Source: a virus
Lineage: Duplodnaviria > Caudoviricetes
IMG/VR virus record: IMGVR_UViG_3300048861_000178
Location: 160,001-224,000 of that record
Length of the DNA: 64,000 nucleotides
Reading direction: 5' to 3' (one strand)
In this document: piece by piece, positions 46,846 through 55,677 of the stretch
Layout: every line of letters starts with the position of its first letter
Numbering within the stretch: the first letter of the stretch is position 1
The notes under the pieces: model-generated
Seen by the model: only the letters and a program-made list of their open reading frames with translations
Database searches by the model: none
What the model was told of the DNA's origin: nothing
Position numbers and translations under genes: made by a program

Positions 46846-48729
46846 ATGCGCCGTCAACTTCAACGACTGGCTCTGGAGAATGCGTTTATCAACGTGAATC
46901 AACCGCCTTCGCACGAAGACGCACTGATCATGTCGTTTCGCAAAGAGTTCGGTCACCTGTATCCGACGCCGCCGGTAGTGATTGAACACAATCCGATCGG
47001 TCGCCCGTATCTGGCCATGGAAGAAATCGCCAATGGTCAGCCGGTGAACGAAATCGAGCACACGATCTACGCGCGCGTGGTGAACTTCTCTGACCTCGAG
47101 CAAGCCGCGTCGAAGGAAAACCAGGAACAGTGGGAAATCCGGATCGAGAAGACCGAGAAGATCGCCGGGAAGGGTTCCATGCGCGTGCGCAAGACCTGGC
47201 TCGATGGCAAGGAAGAGGAAGCGACGTTCGTCCGTACCTCGAAGGTTGTGATGAACGAAAAGGGTGACAAGATCGAGTTGCCCATGCCGTCCAATAAGGA
47301 CGAGTTCACCATCTTCAAGTTCCTCGCGGCCCAAGGCATGCGCAAGGTGCGCTACACCTTCCCGATTATCGGCACGAACCTGAAGTGGGAAATCGACATG
47401 TTCCCCAAGCCTGATGGCGACGGGTTCTTCGAGTGGTGCAAGATCGATCTGGAAGTGCAGAACCGCGAACAGCCGATTCCTGAGTTTCCGATTCCGCTGG
47501 AAGATGTGATTCTGCCCGAAGGCTACGGTCGCACTGGGGGCGGGGAAGTGCAGAACCAGATCACCCAGCTCTACGATCAGTTCTTCCTGCTCAAGAACCA
47601 GTTCTTGCCGCGCGGTGATGTAGCTCCGGCAGTGGGTTCGGCCAGTGCAGGCGACCAGGGTCTCGCGACTGCGGTTCCGGCCTTGCCTAACGATACGGCT
47701 GAACCGCAACAGCTCCAAGCGCCTAGCAGTGCGAGCGATGAAGCTCCGGCTCCGGCCGTGCAAGACATCGCACCTCAGCCTGCTGCTTCGACGGCGCAAA
47801 ACCCCCAGCAACAACTGGATCAGGCGCTCAATCAAGGCATTCCGGATAACCTGCAAGTGCAACCCGAACCGCCCGTGCAAGAACCCGTGACGGCGGAACT
47901 GCCGCAACAGGCTCAAGCCGAAGAACCGGCGCAAGTCGATTCGACGGTGGCGCAGACACCTGCACCGAACGAAACTCCGGCGCAAACTGAACAGCCCGAA
48001 GGCGAAGCCGCTCAAGCCGAGGGTACGCCGCTGGAGCAGCCTGAGCAACCGGATGTGAGCTCGCCTAGCGACACCCCGGACGAACTGGCCACCAAGCCGC
48101 AAGCCGGGAATGAACCGCCTGTTGATGACAGTGACTCCACGGCCTCTACGCCTGAAGAGCAACAGGAGCAACAGGAAGAACAGACCCAGGAGCAAACCGA
48201 AGATAAAGTCGAAGCCATTCAGCAACAGAAGAAGGCCGAAGCCGAATCCCAAGGTAAGCTCGATCCGACCGAAGATGGCAAGGTGCCGGTGGACCTCATC
48301 GATAACCCCGCTGGGGACCCGTCGATGATGAAGCCCGATGACCAAGACAATCCGGAAGGGGCAGGCGAAGAAACCGCCAATGGCGGCAACGTCACAGGTG
48401 CAACTGATGGTACTAACCCGGATGAGAATGGTGCAGGCACGGGCGATGGTCTGGGTGGTGAACTGGCAGATGGGGCAGGTACCACGGGCACGGATGACGA
48501 CGCACTGGATTTGACCAGCGCGGATGCGACCGACCCGGCCAGTGAAGAAGGTACGGTACCGACTTCTACCTCAGGGACCGCTGAAGGCAACAATGGTTCG
48601 GGCGAAGACATCGACCAAGCCAATGGTGAACAAGCGGGAGTAGCGAACGTGCCGTCCAAGGCCGAGACCGACGAGATTCCGCCGGAGAACGATCAGGACA
48701 AGCGTAAGCTCGAAGCCCAAACGCAGTAA
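46846..48729 (+). CDS. CYTH/triphosphate-tunnel-fold head protein with long acidic disordered tail
   Basis: ALE/AME propeptide; EIE, MRVRK, RK.RY.F, WEID.F, IDLEV; GGAG SD before ATG 46846. Confidence 0.75.
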   Translation: MRRQLQRLALENAFINVNQPPSHEDALIMSFRKEFGHLYPTPPVVIEHNPIGRPYLAMEEIANGQPVNEIEHTIYARVVNFSDLEQAASKENQEQWEIRIEKTEKIAGKGSMRVRKTWLDGKEEEATFVRTSKVVMNEKGDKIELPMPSNKDEFTIFKFLAAQGMRKVRYTFPIIGTNLKWEIDMFPKPDGDGFFEWCKIDLEVQNREQPIPEFPIPLEDVILPEGYGRTGGGEVQNQITQLYDQFFLLKNQFLPRGDVAPAVGSASAGDQGLATAVPALPNDTAEPQQLQAPSSASDEAPAPAVQDIAPQPAASTAQNPQQQLDQALNQGIPDNLQVQPEPPVQEPVTAELPQQAQAEEPAQVDSTVAQTPAPNETPAQTEQPEGEAAQAEGTPLEQPEQPDVSSPSDTPDELATKPQAGNEPPVDDSDSTASTPEEQQEQQEEQTQEQTEDKVEAIQQQKKAEAESQGKLDPTEDGKVPVDLIDNPAGDPSMMKPDDQDNPEGAGEETANGGNVTGATDGTNPDENGAGTGDGLGGELADGAGTTGTDDDALDLTSADATDPASEEGTVPTSTSGTAEGNNGSGEDIDQANGEQAGVANVPSKAETDEIPPENDQDKRKLEAQTQ

Positions 48730-48772
48730 ATGCAGTAAACGCGCTGAGAGCCTCTCAGAGGCGCTGTCATAG

Positions 48773-48831
48773 CGGCATAAGGCCTTTCCCTACCCTCATG
48801 GTTGCGAGGGGTGGGAAAGGCCTCTATGACG
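48773..48831. terminator. hairpin between convergent genes
   Basis: CGGCATA-AGGCCTTTCCC...GGGAAAGGCCT-CTATGACG. Confidence 0.7.
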
Positions 48832-48845
48832 TTAACTGAAGGCTT

Positions 48846-49295
48846 CTAAGGTATCGTTACGACGGTCAGTTGCACTTGGCCGCTATAACAGAGCGATTCA
48901 GGCGTGGCTGCTAACACGACAGGCTCGGTGAGATCCGCGTACTGGGTATTCACGACGTCAGCTGCGGTGAGTTGCAACTGATAGGCTTGATTGATCGCCG
49001 GGAGCAGATCGACGATGTTAAACGGCAAGGCTGCGACCGTCAACGACACTGCAGGCAACAACACTTCATCCAGCGGCAAGCGTCGATACAGAATCTGCTG
49101 GCTACCTTCAAAGCGGTTATCCTCGATCTGGTCAGCGGTGACCGTAATCAAGGTATCCGGACCACACGAAGCGGCATTGCCGATCGCAGTCGGCGTGCCA
49201 AACTCCATGTAGTCCTGTTGCAACCAGAGGCCGTTACTGCGCCAGATCAGATCCAGCAGAATCTGTGCAGCGGGTTGGTTCAGATTAAGCTTCAT
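48846..49295 (-). CDS. tail-fibre-associated structural protein
   Basis: LLDLI..SN...FG.P...T.I.V.A...F.GS....YRRL.L module recalled from phiKZ-like fibre proteins. Confidence 0.65.
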   Translation of the reverse strand: MKLNLNQPAAQILLDLIWRSNGLWLQQDYMEFGTPTAIGNAASCGPDTLITVTADQIEDNRFEGSQQILYRRLPLDEVLLPAVSLTVAALPFNIVDLLPAINQAYQLQLTAADVVNTQYADLTEPVVLAATPESLCYSGQVQLTVVTIP

Positions 49296-49304
49296 CGTGA
49301 GCCC

Positions 49305-49814
49305 TTAAGGAATCGCGGTGATGAGCACATTCACCCCAACGTCGGCCGCACCACCCCAGGGGTTATCATCGTTGTAGAAGATGGCCGTCCAGTCGTTGCT
49401 TGCGTCCGGTGCTTGTTGCAACGACACGTTCGAACGACCGGCGTACTTTTGCGGTGTACAGAATACCGTGCGGTACTGCGCGATCTTATCAATCGGTGCC
49501 ATCTGCAAATTACAGAACGACAAATGCGGACCGTGATCCCCGTTAAAGCCATACCCGTTATACGCACCAGTACGGAAGTTAAGCGACAGATAACCGTTGC
49601 GGTCGATGTACATCGCGTACTGGGCAAAGAGCGCATTGTTGTAGGTGGTCAGATTCGACTTACCGTACCAATACGACCAGGCGTATTGGCCGCCCGAGCC
49701 TACGCCTGCGAGCATCGAGATCGGCTGGCCAGCCGCGTCGTACTGCTGCTGACCAATCCCACACTCTGCCATCGCCTGTCCGATACTGATCGCGCCAGAG
49801 GATTGCATCGTCAT
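49305..49814 (-). CDS. putative tail-fibre tip/adhesin
   Basis: MT.QSSGAIS N-terminus; aromatic/Gly-rich; directly follows the chaperone-bearing fibre gene. Confidence 0.55.
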   Translation of the reverse strand: MTMQSSGAISIGQAMAECGIGQQQYDAAGQPISMLAGVGSGGQYAWSYWYGKSNLTTYNNALFAQYAMYIDRNGYLSLNFRTGAYNGYGFNGDHGPHLSFCNLQMAPIDKIAQYRTVFCTPQKYAGRSNVSLQQAPDASNDWTAIFYNDDNPWGGAADVGVNVLITAIP

Positions 49815-49817
49815 GGC

Positions 49818-51293
49818 TTACACTCCCAGTGATTGCAAGCGCACTTCGTGATCCTGCGTTTGCTGATCCAGTGCCTTGATACCTTCGACCAGCAGCGCCA
49901 CGAGCTTGTCGTACTTGATCGTGATGTAGTGCTGGCCCGAGATCGATCCGCCGGTGACTGGATCAATGTCAAACGGGGCTGGACCCACCAACTGCGGGGC
50001 CACTTCAAAGATCTGCTGCGCAAGCAGACCCATGTGCTCGGTGGTCGTGTCGCAGCCCGTCAGGTCCTGTGCCAACTGGTTGTGGGTATAGATAATCCCC
50101 ATGATCTTGCGGATCTTTTCCAGCGGCAGCTCGATCTGACGGATGTTTTCCTTCAGGCGTTCGTCAGACCAGAAGGCCCAGATGTCGTGTGCCGAGTAGA
50201 GCGTGCCGTTGGCCGTCACGTCCCAGAAGCTCACCGACTGGTTAATCCCCGAATAAGCGATCGTGTTACCGATCACCACCCGTGCATTGATCTGGTTCTG
50301 CAGGTTCTGGACGTTCGATTGCAGCTCGTTGTACGACACCATGCCACCGATGTCGGTCGAGTCCACTTGCAGGCGCAGCCGTGAACCATCCCAACCCAGA
50401 TAGATCTTGTTGGACCCTTGATTGGCCCCGCCGCCTTGCTGCACAGGCGTAAAGCCGATCTTCACGGCGTTGGTCGCGTTGGCGATCTTCGTATCGATGG
50501 TCGGACCATCGTACGTATTGAGCTGCGCAACCGTTACACCGTGCGGGTTGTTCCGGTTGGCGATGTGGTTGGTCACCGCCGTATTGATCGGCGTGGTGAT
50601 CGCATCGGCCTGCGGCTTGGTGTAAACGTTCAGCTGCGCGGCGCTGACCTTGTGCGGATTGTTGAAGTCCGTCAAGTGAGCGTTGAAAGCGGTATTGCCC
50701 GAATCGATTTCCGCTTGCAGCACTTGTTGCACGTGATCGATGTACGCGTAAATCTGATCGTACTGAGCACTATCGCCCACTTCGATCGCATCGCGCAGAC
50801 GGTCAATCGCATGCACCAGATACTCGAAGCCGTAGACGTCACCAATGTCGTGCAAGTGGAACGCAGGCGGGAACGCGCTCGGACGACCCAGGATGTCACC
50901 CCAGGCAACCGGGCGGGTATCCAGTTGCAGGTTTTCGATCTGCTGGATAATCGCTTGCGCGGAGGTACCGTACGGGCCACCCAGCGTTTGATACTGCAGC
51001 GACACCTGATTGCTGACCGCGGGGTCGGTGATCAAGATGACCGCACAGATCTCTTTGCCGTAACGCGCAGTCGGCAGCTCGTACATTTCTGCCGCATAGT
51101 ACTGGCTGGTGGTGAGCGGCTGGTTGGTCGCCATGTCCGTGATGACCAGCGACTCGGTAAAGAAGGCCCCGTAGAACGGCGCGATTGCGCGCACATTACG
51201 GTTAGCGGTCAGGTTTTGAATTTCACCCGTGACCAGATTGTTAGGGCTTACGCCCGTCGGGTCCAGCGGATACCGAATGAGAAGCGGCGTCAT
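49818..51293 (-). CDS. tail fibre with C-terminal intramolecular chaperone (peptidase S74)
   Basis: YPLDPTG N-terminus; NPH.V...QL repeats; SDERLKENI...GLLAQ..V.PQLV...Y.KLVALLVEGIK. Confidence 0.85.
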   Translation of the reverse strand: MTPLLIRYPLDPTGVSPNNLVTGEIQNLTANRNVRAIAPFYGAFFTESLVITDMATNQPLTTSQYYAAEMYELPTARYGKEICAVILITDPAVSNQVSLQYQTLGGPYGTSAQAIIQQIENLQLDTRPVAWGDILGRPSAFPPAFHLHDIGDVYGFEYLVHAIDRLRDAIEVGDSAQYDQIYAYIDHVQQVLQAEIDSGNTAFNAHLTDFNNPHKVSAAQLNVYTKPQADAITTPINTAVTNHIANRNNPHGVTVAQLNTYDGPTIDTKIANATNAVKIGFTPVQQGGGANQGSNKIYLGWDGSRLRLQVDSTDIGGMVSYNELQSNVQNLQNQINARVVIGNTIAYSGINQSVSFWDVTANGTLYSAHDIWAFWSDERLKENIRQIELPLEKIRKIMGIIYTHNQLAQDLTGCDTTTEHMGLLAQQIFEVAPQLVGPAPFDIDPVTGGSISGQHYITIKYDKLVALLVEGIKALDQQTQDHEVRLQSLGV

Positions 51294-51383
51294 TTGTTTA
51301 CTAACTCCTAATCTTGTCCGAACGACACAATCACCTCTGGCCAGGACGACCCCAGCCAGAGGTGTGTTGCATCGCGCTATTTA

Positions 51384-53213
51384 TCAGCTGCTAATCGAAG
51401 CGGCCAGCTGGGTGAACAATGTGGTCAGTGTGTCTACCATGTTGACGACTTCTGACTCCAGGGCAAACCGATCCGTCGTCGCGTAGACGATGCTGGCAGG
51501 TGCCACCGCCACCCGGCTATTCGTCACGAGCTTGGACGAATCATCGGAGAGCTGCGTGACCGTGTAGGCGTTCAGGTTCGGACCCGTCTTCATCCAGACA
51601 CGAATGGTCGGGACAGCTGTACCGCCCACCGTCACGTTCTCGATCGTGTAGCCAAACTGCGCCCCCGGATCGCTCGTCACCATGTTGGTGACGCTCATCG
51701 TCACTTGACTGCCCGAGGGTCCCCGGATGTTAAAGCAGATCAGGTAAGCACCCGACACCAGTTCACCATTCGAGTCCCCGCCCGAGAGCAACCAACGAAT
51801 ATCGTTGTAGCCCGTGAGGTTCGGATCAGTAGCCGACGGCAGCGGGATCTGACCGAGCTCACTCCAGTAATCGGTACCGGTTTCGCCGCTGGTCGGATTA
51901 AAGAGCACCTGCGGCGCAAAGGCACTGCCTGCACCCGAACTGGCTTGGGCCAACACCTGCGCGAGCGTGTACCCGCCGAGCATATTGGAGTCTGCCGCCG
52001 GACCGTTGTTATTCAGCACCCAGGTCGCAAAGTCCGCCGGAGTCATGCCGTTAACTTTCAACGCGTTCGAAGCGGCCCCATTGTTGAGCACCCACGCAGC
52101 AAACGTAGCGGGGTCCATGCCGTTGAATTCAAACGTGTCGGCTGCTTTACCCGCCAACGCATCCGAGAGCACTTGCGCGTAGGTATGGCCTGCGAGCTGA
52201 TTGGCGTTCGCCGCGGTACCGCCAAGCACGGCTGCCGTGAAGTCCGCGGGTGTTTGACCGCCAAACTTATTGGAATTCGAAGCCACGCCGGTAGCGAGTG
52301 CCCAGTCCCGATAGGTCGTTGCATCCATGCCGTCAAAGAGCAACGAGTCGGCCGCCGAACCGCCGGAAGGCGTATAGCCTGACAGCAGCTGATCGACTTC
52401 GGCTTGTGTGTACGCTCCTACTTCGTGCGCGGTGGTAGCGTGCGGGTTGTCGGTCCGCGCCGCGTGCGCAGCAATTGCTGCATTCGGACCCGCATTCATC
52501 ATCGTCGTCACGCCACCCGGCGTAATGTAGACGCTGTTGCTCGTGCCAGCTGCCAGGTCAGCCGCTTGCGCGATGCCGTAGTTCTGTACGTTACCCAAGC
52601 CGACCTGTGTGGCCGTTACCCGGTGCGGGTTGGTGAAGTCCGCCAAGTGAGCTGCCAGGCCCGTGGAACCCGTTTGACGCAGCGCCGTTTCGATGTTGCC
52701 AAGCGCATTGACCAGGTCGGTGGCGCCGACCATGTCCACGAGATCCCACTCGTGATCGATCACCGGGAACATCACCGGTTGTTCGACGACTTGTTCCCAG
52801 GCCGTGATCCGGGGGTTAGCCGTACGGTCCGCGAGCAGGGCCGAGACACCTGCCTCATCAAGCGTCCACATGCCACCGAGCGTCTGGTAGCTAACCTTCA
52901 CCACGCCAGCCAGGAGCGGATTGACAAACTGGATACCACCCCAGATGGGGGCGGCGCAAGCCCGCGAGGCGGAGATAAATTCAAAACACGGATACCAGTC
53001 TTTACCGCGGTCCAGCGGTGTGACGTTGCCTTGGGCGTCCGTGATGGTCAGGCTCACACTTGCGTCAAAGAACGGCGCCCAGCGCGGCACGATGATCTGG
53101 TAATCGGTCCAATTCACCGCCGTCAGGATTTGCTGCTCGTTGGTGATCTTGTTCGACGCAAGCGAGCCCGTGGGATCAAACGGGTAAGCGAGGTCATTCA
53201 AATTCAATGCCAT
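51384..53213 (-). CDS. tail fibre/baseplate protein, paralog of the adjacent fibre
   Basis: YPFDPTG N-terminus; NPH.VTA.QVG; six ~24-aa A(A/S)(D/N)...(F/L).G repeats. Confidence 0.8.
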   Translation of the reverse strand: MALNLNDLAYPFDPTGSLASNKITNEQQILTAVNWTDYQIIVPRWAPFFDASVSLTITDAQGNVTPLDRGKDWYPCFEFISASRACAAPIWGGIQFVNPLLAGVVKVSYQTLGGMWTLDEAGVSALLADRTANPRITAWEQVVEQPVMFPVIDHEWDLVDMVGATDLVNALGNIETALRQTGSTGLAAHLADFTNPHRVTATQVGLGNVQNYGIAQAADLAAGTSNSVYITPGGVTTMMNAGPNAAIAAHAARTDNPHATTAHEVGAYTQAEVDQLLSGYTPSGGSAADSLLFDGMDATTYRDWALATGVASNSNKFGGQTPADFTAAVLGGTAANANQLAGHTYAQVLSDALAGKAADTFEFNGMDPATFAAWVLNNGAASNALKVNGMTPADFATWVLNNNGPAADSNMLGGYTLAQVLAQASSGAGSAFAPQVLFNPTSGETGTDYWSELGQIPLPSATDPNLTGYNDIRWLLSGGDSNGELVSGAYLICFNIRGPSGSQVTMSVTNMVTSDPGAQFGYTIENVTVGGTAVPTIRVWMKTGPNLNAYTVTQLSDDSSKLVTNSRVAVAPASIVYATTDRFALESEVVNMVDTLTTLFTQLAASISS

Positions 53214-53324
53214 TCTTTTCTCCCAGCGGGTGAAGGCGATATTCTATAGGTTTTAGTCTATCTTCCAAGACTACAACAAAGCTACAATCATAGTATTCAA
53301 AAGATTTTTCCCCGGAGCCACGGC

Positions 53325-54593
53325 ATGTATACGTTAGTCTCAGCTATCGGTAAATCGTTTGCGAGCGCAGGTCGATGGGAGAGTGCGGACATTGGCGCGA
53401 TGCCCTTGAGCCAGATCTATTCCACCTACCTGAAGGTGTACGCAGTCCTGACCAATCCGTTCGTGAGCGGTCAGGTCAGTTTGGACCTCTCGCAAATCCA
53501 AGCTGCCGATGGTGGCTTGTCGATGACGTTCAATGAGTTTCTCACTCAAAATGGTGACACGGCATTACCGACGTCCACCACCATTCCCACGCTTAAGCCA
53601 CAGTACGCTGAGTACAAGGATGGCTTTCGCGCAGGCTACAAAGTGCAGCCCGTCAATAAGCTGGCTGCACCCGATGCGCAGTTGCCGATGTCGGAGAAGA
53701 CTTGGCTGTATCTCACCAAGACTGATGCCGAGGGGAACTCGATCGACTTTGAGCTCTTTTATAAGAGCTGCATGGTGACGATCAATGGTTACTTCCACAA
53801 TATCGACGCGATCCCCACTGCTGCCTGGGTGATGGACGGGATGGTGAGCCGTAACATCTCCAAGCAGAATCAGTTTGGGCTGCTCAACTTCCAGAAGCTC
53901 GGTAGCTTGCAGTACGTGGCGATTCAGCCGTCGATGATCTACAAGCAAAATAGCAACCAAGCCTATCGCAACCAGATGTACGTGAATCTGGGGGTGGACC
54001 TCACGAATAAAACCGTGATGCTGGTGCTGGGTGGCTACTTGCACATTCTCGATCCGAAGACCTTCTTCCGGGTCAGTGCGACGGCGGTGGCGATTAACTT
54101 TAACAACCTGCCGATTCTCGAGCGCTACCACGAGTCGATGCAATACCTCGACTTCTCGGCGCTACCGTTTGATCGCGACGCGCATGATCCGTCCAAGATT
54201 AATGTGGCGGATTTCTTGTCGGACGAGAACCTGGTGGCGTATGCGACGATGAGCCAGTCGTTCTTTGTGATTCTGGATAACCCGGAAGTCTTCATCGAAA
54301 CCGAGAAGGTCTACACCGGCAAGCTCACCAATATCTTGGTGTCGAACCAGGAGCCAAAGTACCCGCTGGTGAACGGTCATGGCAAGCTGGCCGATTACTG
54401 GTCGGTGGAAGAAGATGGTCGCTGGGCCCTGACGGTGTACGATAACCGTTGGAACCAGCGCACTTACAATACGGTCGACTGGCGCAATGCGGACTGCGTG
54501 AATAACGCCCGTACGAGCCAGGAAGTCTCGCTTCCGTCACGGGCCTTCTTCCTGAAGATCGGTACGGACTTCGATAGCGGCGCGACGTCATAA
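53325..54593 (+). CDS. virion structural protein (phiKZ gp139-like)
   Basis: C.VTINGYFH, K.VMLVLGGYL, SQSFFV, G.GKL.DYW; gene order. Confidence 0.7.
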   Translation: MYTLVSAIGKSFASAGRWESADIGAMPLSQIYSTYLKVYAVLTNPFVSGQVSLDLSQIQAADGGLSMTFNEFLTQNGDTALPTSTTIPTLKPQYAEYKDGFRAGYKVQPVNKLAAPDAQLPMSEKTWLYLTKTDAEGNSIDFELFYKSCMVTINGYFHNIDAIPTAAWVMDGMVSRNISKQNQFGLLNFQKLGSLQYVAIQPSMIYKQNSNQAYRNQMYVNLGVDLTNKTVMLVLGGYLHILDPKTFFRVSATAVAINFNNLPILERYHESMQYLDFSALPFDRDAHDPSKINVADFLSDENLVAYATMSQSFFVILDNPEVFIETEKVYTGKLTNILVSNQEPKYPLVNGHGKLADYWSVEEDGRWALTVYDNRWNQRTYNTVDWRNADCVNNARTSQEVSLPSRAFFLKIGTDFDSGATS

Positions 54594-54651
54594 CGGCATA
54601 AACCCCCGGCCCGTCCCCTGTGAAGAGGATAGGCGCGGGGGCTTATGACCG
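54593..54651. terminator. hairpin between convergent genes
   Basis: CGGCATAA-ACCCCCG...CGGGGGC-TTATGACCG. Confidence 0.6.
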
Positions 54652-54667
54652 AGGGTACAACACGGGC

Positions 54668-55654
54668 TTACTGCTGGCTCGCCAGGCGCTCACCGGCGTT
54701 GAAGATCGCGCTCACGGTACCGAACACCAGTTGCATCGCTTGCGGGTTCAGCGAACGGATGTGCTGACGATCGTTGAACGGGGCGAATGACACCCACACA
54801 TCGATCTCCGTATTCGGCAAGTTGCTCACCGTCACTTGCATCTTGGCGTTGCCGAGATAGAACTGCAAGAGCTTGGTCGCTTCGTCGGTGTAAAAGCCGC
54901 TCGGGTAGTCGTACTCGCGCAACTGCTGGGGGGCGATACGCAGCACGTCTTCTTCGTATTCCCCGAAGCCACCGTAGCCCGGTTTCACGAAGCCACGGCC
55001 GAGGAGGTAGACTTCCGGCGAGAAGTACTTGGCAAACACCGAACCGGAGCCGACGAAGTGACCGAGGTAGTCGGCCGCGCTCGGCGCGTCGCTGACCGGC
55101 TCACCCACGTGCTTTTGCTTGGGCGTCGGACGATGCAGGTTTTGCAGCGAGCGCGGCTGACGCACCGGGGTTTCCGGGGCCGGGTGTTGCAAGTGCGTGC
55201 GAATGTTCTCGCCGAGCGTTTCGACAGCGTTCTTGGCGGCTTCCGCTGCTGCATTGATGCTGGTGTGGCCCGGATGGCGCACCGGCGGCAACGCCGGATT
55301 AGCCTGGGTACCGGCGGGCGTGATCGGCAGTTTGCCCGGTGCCGGGCGCTGTGCTGAAGTACCTGCATGGGTTGCCGCAGGCTGCTGGCGGTATGCACCC
55401 ACCGAAGCGGTGGCGGCCGTGGCCGCAGCGACAGCGTCGTCCACCACGGCACCGGGCAGGAAGCCCTTCAGGGCCTCGATCACGTGCAGCGAGAACACCA
55501 CGTCCTTCTGCATCTCAGTGATGGTGTTCATGTGCAGTTGCTGCAATTGCGAGAGCGCCAGGTTCACGCGGTTCAGGCGCTTTTCCAGGAGCTCAGTCGG
55601 CGACATCGACAGCTCGTCTTGTTCGGGATGGATGATGATCTCTTGCTGGTTCAT
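54668..55654 (-). CDS. hypothetical protein with N-terminal coiled coil and Pro/Ala linker
   Basis: 328-aa ORF, GAGG SD, downstream of the SbcC-like gene. Confidence 0.75.
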   Translation of the reverse strand: MNQQEIIIHPEQDELSMSPTELLEKRLNRVNLALSQLQQLHMNTITEMQKDVVFSLHVIEALKGFLPGAVVDDAVAAATAATASVGAYRQQPAATHAGTSAQRPAPGKLPITPAGTQANPALPPVRHPGHTSINAAAEAAKNAVETLGENIRTHLQHPAPETPVRQPRSLQNLHRPTPKQKHVGEPVSDAPSAADYLGHFVGSGSVFAKYFSPEVYLLGRGFVKPGYGGFGEYEEDVLRIAPQQLREYDYPSGFYTDEATKLLQFYLGNAKMQVTVSNLPNTEIDVWVSFAPFNDRQHIRSLNPQAMQLVFGTVSAIFNAGERLASQQ

Positions 55655-55677
55655 GTTTCTTTTCTTTCCTCATTAAG

